The notes under the pieces were generated by a model, which was given only the letters and a program-made list of their open reading frames with translations, was not told the origin of the DNA and searched no databases. A DNA stretch of 64,000 bases from assembly GCA_964016885.1 (NCBI GenBank), contig OZ024744.1, positions 1,426,001 to 1,490,000 on the forward strand. The letters are read 5' to 3'. Source of the stretch: Eledone cirrhosa. Taxonomy: Eukaryota. A program made the translations under genes and the position numbers. Positions 53,901-64,000 of the stretch are shown here, one piece after another (position 1 is the stretch's first letter; every line of letters begins with the position of its first letter).

Positions 53901-55362
53901 CGTTCTTCACCAAGCTATCTTTCTCTACCTTGTCTTCCCCCAAAACTTCGTTCTTCACCAAGCTATCTTTCTCTACATTGTCTTCCCCAAAACTTCGTTC
54001 TTCACCAAGCTATCTTTCTCTACCTTGTCTTCCCCCAAAACCTCCTTGTTCACCAAGCTATCTTTCTCTACCTCGTCTTCCCCCAAAACTTCGTTCTTCA
54101 CCAAGCTATCTTTCTCTACCTTGTCTTCCCCCAAAACTTCGTTCTTCACCAAGCTATCTTTCTCTACCTTGTCTTCCCTCAGAACTTCGTTCTTCACCAA
54201 GCTATCTTTCTCTACCTTGTCTTCCCCCAAAACTTCGTTCTTCACCAAGCTATCTTTCTCTACATTGTCTTCCCCAAAACTTCGTTCTTCACCAAGCTAT
54301 CTTTATCTACATTGTCTTCCCCCAAAACTTCGTTCTTCACCAAGTCATCTTTCTCTACCTTGTCATCCCACAAAACGTCGTTCTTCACCAAGCTATCTTT
54401 CTCTATTTTGTCTTCCCTCAAAACGTCGTTCTTCACCAAGCTATCTTTCTCTACCTTGTCTTCCCTCAAAATTTCGTTCTTCACCAAGCTATCTTTCTCG
54501 ACCTTGTCTTCTCCCAAAACTTCGTTATTCACCAAGCTATCTTTCTCTACCTTGTCTTCCCCCAAAACTTCGTTCTTCACCAAGCTATCTTTCTCTACCT
54601 TGTTTTCCCCCAAAACTTCGTTCTTCACCAAGTCATCTTTCTCTACCTTGTCATCCCTCAAAACTTTGTTCTTCACCAATCTATCTTTCTCTACCTTGTC
54701 TTCCCCCAAATCTTCGTTCTTCACCAAGCTATCTTTCTCTAGCTTGTCTTCACACAAAACTTCGTTCTTCACCAAGCTATCTTTCTCTACCTTGTCTTCC
54801 CACAAAACGTCATTCTTCACCAAGCTATCTTTCTCTACCTTGTCTTCCCTCAAAACGTCGTTCTTCACCAAGCTATCTTTCTCTACCTTGTCTTCCCCCA
54901 AAACTTCGTTGTTCACCAAGCTATCTTTCTCTACTTCGACTTCCCCCAAAACTTCGTTCTTCACCAAGCTATCTTTCTCTACCTTGTCTTCCCCCAAAAC
55001 TTCGTTCTTCACCAAGCTATCTTTCTCTACCTTGTCTTCCCACAAAACTTCGTTCTTCACCAAGCTATCTTTCTCTACCTTGTCTTCCCACAAAACGTCG
55101 TTCTTCACCAAGCTATCTTTCTCTACCTTGTCTTCCCACAAAACGTCATTCTTCACCAAGCTATCTTTCTCTACCTTGTCTTCCGTCAAAACTTCGTTCT
55201 TCACCAAGATATCTTTCTCTACCTTGTCTTCTCCCAAAACTTCGTTCTTCACCAAGCTATCTTTCTCTACCTTGCCTTCCCTCAGAACTTCGTTCTTCAA
55301 CAAGCTATCTTTCTCTACCTTGACTTCCCCCAAAACTTCGTTCTTCACCAAGCTATCTTTCT

Positions 55363-58300
55363 CTACATTGTCTTCCCCAAAACTTCGTTCTTCACCAAGC
55401 TATCTTTCTCTACCTTGTCTCCCCTCAAAAAGTCGTTCTTCACCAAGCTATCTTTCTCTACCTTGTCTTCTCCCAAAACTTCGTTATTCACCAAGCTATC
55501 TTTCTCTACCTTGTCTTCCCTCAAACCTTCGTTCTTCACCAAGCTATCTTTCTCTACCTTGTCTTCCCCCAAAACTTCGTTCTTCACCAAGCTATCTTTC
55601 TCTACATTGTCTTCCCCAAAACTTCGTTCTTCACCAAGCTATCTTTCTCTACCTTGTCTTCCCCCAAAACTTCGTTGTTCACCAAGCTATCTTTCTCTAC
55701 CTCGTCTTCCCCCAAAACTTCGTTCTTCACCAAGCTATCTTTCTCTACCTTGTCTTCCCCCAAAACTTCTTTCTTCACCAAGCTATCTTTCTCTACCTTG
55801 TCTTCCCCCAAAACTTCGTTCTTCACCAAACTATCTTTCTCTACCTTGTCTTCCCTCAAAACGTCGTTCTTCACCAAGCTATCTTTCTCTACCTTGTCCT
55901 CCCACAAAACTTCGTTCCTCACCAAGCTATCTTTCTCTACCTTGTCTTCCCCCAAAATTTCGTTCTTCGCAAGCTATCTTTCTCTACCTTGTCTTCCGTC
56001 AAAACTTCGTTCTTCACCAAGATATCTTTCTCTACCTTGTCTTCCCACAAAACGTCGTTCTTCACCAAGCTATCTTTCTCTACCTTGTCTTCCCTCAGAA
56101 CTTCGTTCTTCACCAAGCTATCTTTCTCTACCTTGTCTTCCCCCAAAACTTCGTTCTTCACCAAGCTATCTTTCTCTACATTGTCTTCCCCAAAACTTCG
56201 TTCTTCACCAAGCTATCTTTCTCTACCTTGTCTTCCCTCAAAACGTCGTTCTTCACCAAGCTATCTTTCTCTACCTTGTCTTCCCCCAAAACTTCGTTCT
56301 TCACCAAGCTATCTTTATCTACATTGTCTTCCCCCAAAACTTCGTTCTTCACCAAGTCATCTTTCTCTACCTTGTCATCCCACAAAACGTCGTTCTTCAC
56401 CAAGCTATCTTTCTCTATTTTGTCGTCCCTCAAAACGTCGTTCTTCACCAAGCTATCTTTCTCTACCTTGTCTTCCCTCAAAATTTCGTTCTTCACCAAG
56501 TTATCTTTCTCGACCTTGTCTTCTCCCAAAACTTCGTTATTCACCAAGCGATCTTTCTCTACCTTGTCTTCCCCCAAAACTTCGTTATTCACCAAGCTAT
56601 CTTTCTCTACCTTGTCTTCCCTCAAAACTTCGTTCTTCACCAAGCTATCTTTCTCTACCTTGTCTTCCCCCAAAACTTCGTTCTTCACCAAGCTATCTTT
56701 CTCTACCTTGTCTTCTCCCAAAACTTCGTTATTCACCAAGCTATCTTTCTCTACCTTGTCTTCCCTCAAAACTTCGTTCTTCACCAAGCTATCTTTCTCT
56801 AGCTTGTCTTCACACAAAACTTCGTTCTTCACCAAGCTATCTTTCTCTACCTTGTCTTCCCACAAAACGTCATTCTTCACCAAGCTATCTTTCTCTACCT
56901 TGTCTTCCGTCAAAACTTCGTTCTTCACCAAGATATCTTTCTCTACCTTGTCTTCTCCCAAAACTTCGTTCTTCACCAAGCTATCTTTCTCTACCTTGCC
57001 TTCCCTCAGAACTTCGTTCTTCAACAAGCTATCTTTCTCTACCTTGACTTCCCCCAAAACTTCGTTCTTCACCAAGCTATCTTTCTCTACATTGTCTTCC
57101 CCAAAACTTCGTTCTTCACCAAGCTATCTTTCTCTACCTTGTCTCCCCTCAAAAAGTCGTTCTTCACCAAGCTATCTTTCTCTACCTTGTCTTCTCCCAA
57201 AACTTCGTTATTCACCAAGCTATCTTTCTCTACCTTGTCTTCCCTCAAACCTTCGTTCTTCACCAAGCTATCTTTCTCTACCTTGTCTTCCCCCAAAACT
57301 TCGTTCTTCACCAAGCTATCTTTCTCTACATTGTCTTCCCCAAAACTTCGTTCTTCACCAAGCTATCTTTCTCTACCTTGTCTTCCCCCAAAACTTCGTT
57401 GTTCACCAAGCTATCTTTCTCTACCTCGTCTTCCCCCAAAACTTCGTTCTTCACCAAGCTATCTTTCTCTACCTTGTCTTCCCCCAAAACTTCTTTCTTC
57501 ACCAAGCTATCTTTCTCTACCTTGTCTTCCCACAAAACTTCGTTCTTCACCAAGCTATCTTTCTCTACCTTGTCTTCCCACAAAACGCCGTTCTTCAACA
57601 AGCTATCTTTCTCTACTTTGTCTTCCCTCAAAACTACGTTCTTCACCAAGCTATCTTTCTCTACCTTGTCTTCCCCCAAAACTTCGTTCTTCACCAAGCT
57701 ATCTTTCTCTACCTTGTCTTCCCTCAAAACTTCGTTCTTCACCAAGCTATCTTTTTCGACCTTGTCTTCCCCCAAAACTTCGTTCTTCACCAAACTATCT
57801 TTCTCTACCTTGTCTTCCCTCAAAACGTCGTTTTTCACCAAGCTATCTTTTTCGACCTTGTCTTCCCCCAAAACTTCGTTCTTCACCAAACTATCTTTCT
57901 CTACCTTGTCTTCCCTCAAAACGTCGTTCTTCACCAAGCTATCTTTCTCTACCTTGTCCTCCCACAAAACTTCGTTCCTCACCAAGCTATCTTTCTCTAC
58001 CTTGTCTTCCCCCAAAATTTCGTTCTTCGCAAGCTATCTTTCTCTACCTTGTCTTCCGTCAAAACTTCGTTCTTCACCAAGATATCTTTCTCTACCTTGT
58101 CTTCCCACAAAACGTCGTTCTTCACCAAGCTATCTTTCTCTACCTTGTCTTCCCTCAGAACTTCGTTCTTCACCAAGCTATCTTTCTCTACCTTGTCTTC
58201 CCCCAAAACTTCGTTCTTCACCAAGCTATCTTTCTCTACATTGTCTTCCCCAAAACTTCGTTCTTCACCAAGCTATCTTTCTCTACCTTGTCTTCCCTCA

Positions 58301-61300
58301 AAACGTCGTTCTTCACCAAGCTATCTTTCTCTACCTGTCTTCCCCCAAAACTTCGTTCTTCACCAAGCTATCTTTATCTACATTGTCTTCCCCCAAAACT
58401 TCGTTCTTCACCAAGTCATCTTTCTCTACCTTGTCATCCCACAAAACGTCGTTCTTCACCAAGCTATCTTTCTCTATTTTGTCGTCCCTCAAAACGTCGT
58501 TCTTCACCAAGCTATCTTTCTCTACCTTGTCTTCCCTCAAAATTTCGTTCTTCACCAAGTTATCTTTCTCGACCTTGTCTTCTCCCAAAACTTCGTTATT
58601 CACCAAGCGATCTTTCTCTACCTTGTCTTCCCCCAAAACTTCGTTATTCACCAAGCTATCTTTCTCTACCTTGTCTTCCCTCAAAACTTCGTTCTTCACC
58701 AAGCTATCTTTCTCTACCTTGTCTTCCCCCAAAACTTCGTTCTTCACCAAGCTATCTTTCTCTACCTTGTCTTCTCCCAAAACTTCGTTATTCACCAAGC
58801 TATCTTTCTCTACCTTGTCTTCCCTCAAAACTTCGTTCTTCACCAAGCTATCTTTCTCTAGCTTGTCTTCACACAAAACTTCGTTCTTCACCAAGCTATC
58901 TTTCTCTACCTTGTCTTCCCACAAAACGTCATTCTTCACCAAGCTATCTTTCTCTACCTTGTCTTCCGTCAAAACTTCGTTCTTCACCAAGATATCTTTC
59001 TCTACCTTGTCTTCTCCCAAAACTTCGTTCTTCACCAAGCTATCTTTCTCTACCTTGCCTTCCCTCAGAACTTCGTTCTTCAACAAGCTATCTTTCTCTA
59101 CCTTGACTTCCCCCAAAACTTCGTTCTTCACCAAGCTATCTTTCTCTACATTGTCTTCCCCAAAACTTCGTTCTTCACCAAGCTATCTTTCTCTACCTTG
59201 TCTTCCCTCAAAAAGTCGTTCTTCACCAAGCTATCTTTCTCTACCTTGTCTTCTCCCAAAACTTCGTTATTCACCAAGCTATCTTTCTCTACCTTGTCTT
59301 CCCTCAAACCTTCGTTCTTCACCAAGCTATCTTTCTCTACCTTGTCTTCCCCCAAAACTTCGTTCTTCACCAAGCTATCTTTCTCTACATTGTCTTCCCC
59401 AAAACTTCGTTCTTCACCAAGCTATCTTTCTCTACCTTGTCTTCCCCCAAAACTTCGTTGTTCACCAAGCTATCTTTCTCTACCTCGTCTTCCCCCAAAA
59501 CTTCGTTCTTCACCAAGCTATCTTTCTCTACCTTGTCTTCCCCCAAAACTTCTTTCTTCACCAAGCTATCTTTCTCTACCTTGTCTTCCCACAAAACTTC
59601 GTTCTTCACCAAGCTATCTTTCTCTACCTTGTCTTCCCACAAAACGTCGTTCTTCAACAAGCTATCTTTCTCTACTTTGTCTTCCCTCAAAACTACGTTC
59701 TTCACCAAGCTATCTTTCTCTACCTTGTCTTCCCCCAAAACTTCGTTCTTCACCAAGCTATCTTTCTCTACCTTGTCTTCCCTCAAAACTTCGTTCTTCA
59801 CCAAGCTATCTTTTTCGACCTTGTCTTCCCCCAAAACTTCGTTCTTCACCAAACTATCTTTCTCTACCTTGTCTTCCCTCAAAACGTCGTTCTTCACCAA
59901 GCTATCTTTCTCTACCTTGTCCTCCCACAAAACTTCGTTCCTCACCAAGCTATCTTTCTCTACCTTGTCTTCCCCCAAAATTTCGTTCTTCGCAAGCTAT
60001 CTTTCTCTACCTTGTCTTCCGTCAAAACTTCGTTCTTCACCAAGATATCTTTCTCTACCTTGTCTTCCCACAAAACGTCGTTCTTCACCAAGCTATCTTT
60101 CTCTACCTTGTCTTCCCTCAAAACGTCGTTCTTCACCAAGCTATCTTTCTCTACCTTGTCTTCCCCCAAAACTTCGTTCTTCACCAAGCTATCTTTATCT
60201 ACATTGTCTTCCCCCAAAACTTCGTTCTTCACCAAGTCATCTTTCTCTACCTTGTCATCCCACAAAACGTCGTTCTTCACCAAGCTATCTTTCTCTATTT
60301 TGTCGTCCCTCAAAACGTCGTTCTTCACCAAGCTATCTTTCTCTACCTTGTCTTCCCTCAAAATTTCGTTCTTCACCAAGTTATCTTTCTCGACCTTGTC
60401 TTCTCCCAAAACTTCGTTATTCACCAAGCGATCTTTCTCTACCTTGTCTTCCCCCAAAACTTCGTTATTCACCAAGCTATCTTTCTCTACCTTGTCTTCC
60501 CTCAAAACTTCGTTATTCACCAAGCTATCTTTCTCTACCTTGTCTTCCCTCAAAACTTCGTTCTTCACCAAGCTATCTTTCTCTACCTTGTCTTCCCACA
60601 AAACGTCATTCTTCACCAAGCTATCTTTCTCTACCTTGTCTTCCGTCAAAACTTCGTTCTTCACCAAGATATCTTTCTCTACCTTGTCTTCTCCCAAAAC
60701 TTCGTTCTTCACCAAGCTAGCTTTCTCTACCTTGCCTTCCCTCAGAACTTCGTTCTTCACCAAGCTATCTTTCTCTACATTGTCTTCCCCAAAACTTCGT
60801 TCTTCACCAAGCTATCTTTCTCTACCTTGTCTCCCCTCAAAAAGTCGTTCTTCACCAAGCTATCTTTCTCTACCTTGTCTTCTCCCAAAACTTCGTTATT
60901 CACCAAGCTATCTTTCTCTACCTTGTCTTCCCTCAAACCTTCGTTCTTCACCAAGCTATCTTTCTCTACCTTGTCTTCCCCCAAAACTTCGTTCTTCACC
61001 AAGCTATCTTTCTCTACATTGTCTTCCCCAAAACTTCGTTCTTCACCAAGCTATCTTTCTCTACCTTGTCTTCCCCCAAAACTTCGTTGTTCACCAAGCT
61101 ATCTTTCTCTACCTCGTCTTCCCCCAAAACTTCGTTCTTCACCAAGCTATCTTTCTCTACCTTGTCTTCCCCCAAAACTTCTTTCTTCACCAAGCTATCT
61201 TTCTCTACCTTGTCTTCCCACAAAACTTCGTTCTTCACCAAGCTATCTTTCTCTACCTTGTCTTCCCACAAAACGTCGTTCTTCAACAAGCTATCTTTCT

Positions 61301-64000
61301 CTACTTTGTCTTCCCTCAAAACTACGTTCTTCACCGAGCTATCTTTCTCTACCTTGTCTTCCCCCAAAACTTCCTTCTTCACCAAGCTATCTTTCTCTAC
61401 CTTGTCTTCCCTCAAAACTTCGTTCTTCACCAAGCTATCTTTTTCGACCTTGTCTTCCCCCAAAACTTCGTTCTTCACCAAGCTATCTTTATCTACATTG
61501 TCTTCCCCCAAAACTTCGTTCTTCACCAAGTCATCTTTCTCTACCTTGTCATCCCACAAAACGTCGTTCTTCACCAAGCTATCTTTCTCTATTTTGTCGT
61601 CCCTCAAAACGTCGTTCTTCACCAAGCTATCTTTCTCTACCTTGTCTTCCCTCAAAATTTCGTTCTTCACCAAGTTATCTTTCTCGACCTTGTCTTCTCC
61701 CAAAACTTCGTTATTCACCAAGCGATCTTTCTCTACCTTGTCTTCCCCCAAAACTTCGTTATTCACCAAGCTATCTTTCTCTACCTTGTCTTCCCTCAAA
61801 ACTTCGTTCTTCACCAAGCTATCTTTCTCTACCTTGTCTTCCCACAAAACGTCATTCTTCACCAAGCTATCTTTCTCTACCTTGTCTTCCGTCAAAACTT
61901 CGTTCTTCACCAAGATATCTTTCTCTACCTTGTCTTCTCCCAAAACTTCGTTCTTCACCAAGCTATCTTTCTCTACCTTGCCTTCCCTCAGAACTTCGTT
62001 CTTCACCAAGCTATCTTTCTCTACATTGTCTTCCCCAAAACTTCGTTCTTCACCAAGCTATCTTTCTCTACCTTGTCTCCCCTCAAAAAGTCGTTCTTCA
62101 CCAAGCTATCTTTCTCTACCTTGTCTTCTCCCAAAACTTCGTTATTCACCAAGCTATCTTTCTCTACCTTGTCTTCCCTCAAACCTTCGTTCTTCACCAA
62201 GCTATCTTTCTCTACCTTGTCTTCCCCCAAAACTTCGTTCTTCACCAAGCTATCTTTCTCTACATTGTCTTCCCCAAAACTTCGTTCTTCACCAAGCTAT
62301 CTTTCTCTACCTTGTCTTCCCCCAAAACTTCGTTGTTCACCAAGCTATCTTTCTCTACCTCGTCTTCCCCCAAAACTTCGTTCTTCACCAAGCTATCTTT
62401 CTCTACCTTGTCTTCCCCCAAAACTTCTTTCTTCACCAAGCTATCTTTCTCTACCTTGTCTTCCCACAAAACTTCGTTCTTCACCAAGCTATCTTTCTCT
62501 ACCTTGTCTTCCCACAAAACGTCGTTCTTCAACAAGCTATCTTTCTCTACTTTGTCTTCCCTCAAAACTACGTTCTTCACCAAGCTATCTTTCTCTACCT
62601 TGTCTTCCCTCAAAACTTCGTTCTTCACCAAGCTATCTTTTTCGACCTTGTCTTCCCCCAAAACTTCGTTCTTCACCAAACTATCTTTCTCTACCTTGTC
62701 TTCCCTCAAAACGTCGTTCTTCACCAAGCTATCTTTCTCTACCTTGTCCTCCCACAAAACTTCGTTCCTCACCAAGCTATCTTTCTCTACCTTGTCTTCC
62801 CCCAAAATTTCGTTCTTCGCAAGCTATCTTTCTCTACCTTGTCTTCCGTCAAAACTTCGTTCTTCACCAAGATATCTTTCTCTACCTTGTCTTCCCACAA
62901 AACGTCGTTCTTCACCAAGCTATCTTTCTCTACCTTGTCTTCCCTCAGAACTTCGTTCTTCACCAAGCTATCTTTCTCTACCTTGTCTTCCCCCAAAACT
63001 TCGTTCTTCACCAAGCTATCTTTCTCTACATTGTCTTCCCCAAAACTTCGTTCTTCACCAAGCTATCTTTCTCTACCTTGTCTTCCCTCAAAACGTCGTT
63101 CTTCACCAAGCTATCTTTCTCTACCTTGTCTTCCCCCAAAACTTCGTTCTTCACCAAGCTATCTTTATCTACATTGTCTTCCCCCAAAACTTCGTTCTTC
63201 ACCAAGTCATCTTTCTCTACCTTGTCATCCCACAAAACGTCGTTCTTCACCAAGCTATCTTTCTCTATTTTGTCGTCCCTCAAAACGTCGTTCTTCACCA
63301 AGCTATCTTTCTCTACCTTGTCTTCCCTCAAAATTTCGTTCTTCACCAAGTTATCTTTCTCGACCTTGTCTTCTCCCAAAACTTCGTTATTCACCAAGCG
63401 ATCTTTCTCTACCTTGTCTTCCCCCAAAACTTCGTTATTCACCAAGCTATCTTTCTCTACCTTGTCTTCCCTCAAAACTTCGTTCTTCACCAAGCTATCT
63501 TTCTCTACCTTGTCTTCCCACAAAACGTCATTCTTCACCAAGCTATCTTTCTCTACCTTGTCTTCCGTCAAAACTTCGTACTTCACCAAGATATCTTTCT
63601 CTACCTTGTCTTCTCCCAAAACTTCGTTCTTCACCAAGCTATCTTTCTCTACCTTGCCTTCCCTCAGAACTTCGTTCTTCACCAAGCTATCTTTCTCTAC
63701 ATTGTCTTCCCCAAAACTTCGTTCTTCACCAAGCTATCTTTCTCTACCTTGTCTCCCCTCAAAAAGTCGTTCTTCACCAAGCTATCTTTCTCTACCTTGT
63801 CTTCTCCCAAAACTTCGTTATTCACCAAGCTATCTTTCTCTACCTTGTCTTCCCTCAAACCTTCGTTCTTCACCAAGCTATCTTTCTCTACCTTGTCTTC
63901 CCCCAAAACTTCGTTCTTCACCAAGCTATCTTTCTCTACATTGTCTTCCCCAAAACTTCGTTCTTCACCAAGCTATCTTTCTCTACCTTGTCTTCCCCCA
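55363..64000. repeat. Variable-length higher-order repeat (26-43 monomers; 1,246-2,059 bp), 5 copies plus the start of a sixth
   Basis: A 239-bp 5-monomer module begins at 55363, 57087, 59146, 60775, 62021 and 63697 (spacings 1724, 2059, 1629, 1246, 1676). Variants CCAAGCGATC, CCAAGTTATC, TGTCGTCCC, CACCAAACTA and GTTCCTCACC were seen only in this region. Confidence 0.9.

Larger units (their letters stand above)
29088..55350. repeat. Large tandem segmental duplication inside the array: copy 1 ~29.1-39.5 kb, copy 2 ~39.5-55.3 kb (internally expanded)
   Basis: Left-hand markers are offset by 10,404 (29088/39492 and 30383/40787). Right-hand markers are offset by 18,459 (33838/52297, 34317/52776, 35036/53495). 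Rare variants GTCGAAAC, GCTCTCTTTTTCTACC, TGTCTCCCCTCAAAAAGTCG and TGTCCTCCCAC occur in the same order in both copies. Confidence 0.75.
1..64000. repeat. 48-bp tandem satellite array, ~1,335 head-to-tail monomers, extending past both window edges
   Basis: The consensus AAAACTTCGTTCTTCACCAAGCTATCTTTCTCTACCTTGTCTTCCCCC (A9 C18 G3 T18) recurs every 48 bp (occasionally 47) from first to last base. Most monomers differ from consensus by 0-3 nt. All translated frames show 16-aa periodicity. Orientation is constant throughout. Confidence 0.99.

Noticed and set aside
32-60720. Giant plus-strand ORFs up to 3,788 aa (TSFFTKLSFSTLSSPK / LRSSPSYLSLPCLPPK / QNFVLHQAIFLYLVFP repeats)
   Set aside because: The consensus has no stop in any + frame because the strand is 75% pyrimidine. 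The ORFs overlap in all three frames, cycle between frames at each 47-bp monomer, mostly start at TTG, and have no unique domain.
219-63924. Tandem minus-strand ORFs (69-555 aa, GEDKVEKDSLVKNEVL) as a gene cluster or operon
   Set aside because: Starts are arbitrary TTG/GTG codons within the repeat, and ends are mostly forced by frameshift monomers. There is no promoter, signal peptide or unique sequence. Kept only as an origin hypothesis.
1-64000. CRISPR array
   Set aside because: There are no unique spacers (the variable part is 1-3 SNPs), no leader and no cas genes.
1-64000. G-quadruplex, i-motif or H-DNA array
   Set aside because: There is only one G5 run per 48 bp (43-nt loops), and it is often mutated. 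Pure pyrimidine runs are at most ~9 nt with no long mirror symmetry.
1-64000. Telomeric repeat or phased A-tract curved DNA
   Set aside because: The unit is too long and heterogeneous for telomerase-type repeats. A single A4 per 48 bp (~4.6 helical turns) is not in helical phase.
1-64000. Assignment to a named ~48-bp satellite (e.g. human CER/D22Z3) or to a specific organism
   Set aside because: Length coincidence only. I cannot verify sequence similarity without a database search.
1-64000. Synthetic concatemer or wholesale sequencing/assembly artefact
   Set aside because: Hierarchical, linked and locally restricted variants indicate natural evolution. Exact HOR copy numbers could still be mis-assembled.

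Overview
The whole 64 kb is one uninterrupted head-to-tail array of a 48-bp satellite. The + strand consensus is AAAACTTCGTTCTTCACCAAGCTATCTTTCTCTACCTTGTCTTCCCCC, with about 1,335 monomers, 75% pyrimidine on + and about 44% GC. I saw no unique sequence, inversion, transposon, RNA gene or credible protein-coding gene. The long ORFs in the track follow from a monomer length divisible by 3 that has no stop in four of six frames. The informative signal is in the monomer variants. Recurrent diagnostic SNPs and two recurrent 47-bp deletion monomers reveal nested higher-order repeats (3-, 8-, 29-, 34-, 53-, 71- and ~120-126-monomer periods). They also reveal a ~10.4-kb tandem duplication whose second copy later expanded internally. 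The minus strand reads as a 16-aa charged repeat (GEDKVEKDSLVKNEVL) with one hypervariable position, so a coding-minisatellite origin is possible but unproven. The most likely identity is eukaryotic heterochromatic satellite DNA (centromeric, pericentromeric or subtelomeric). The organism and family cannot be identified from the sequence alone. Counts were made by eye or from ORF-track breakpoints and are approximate.
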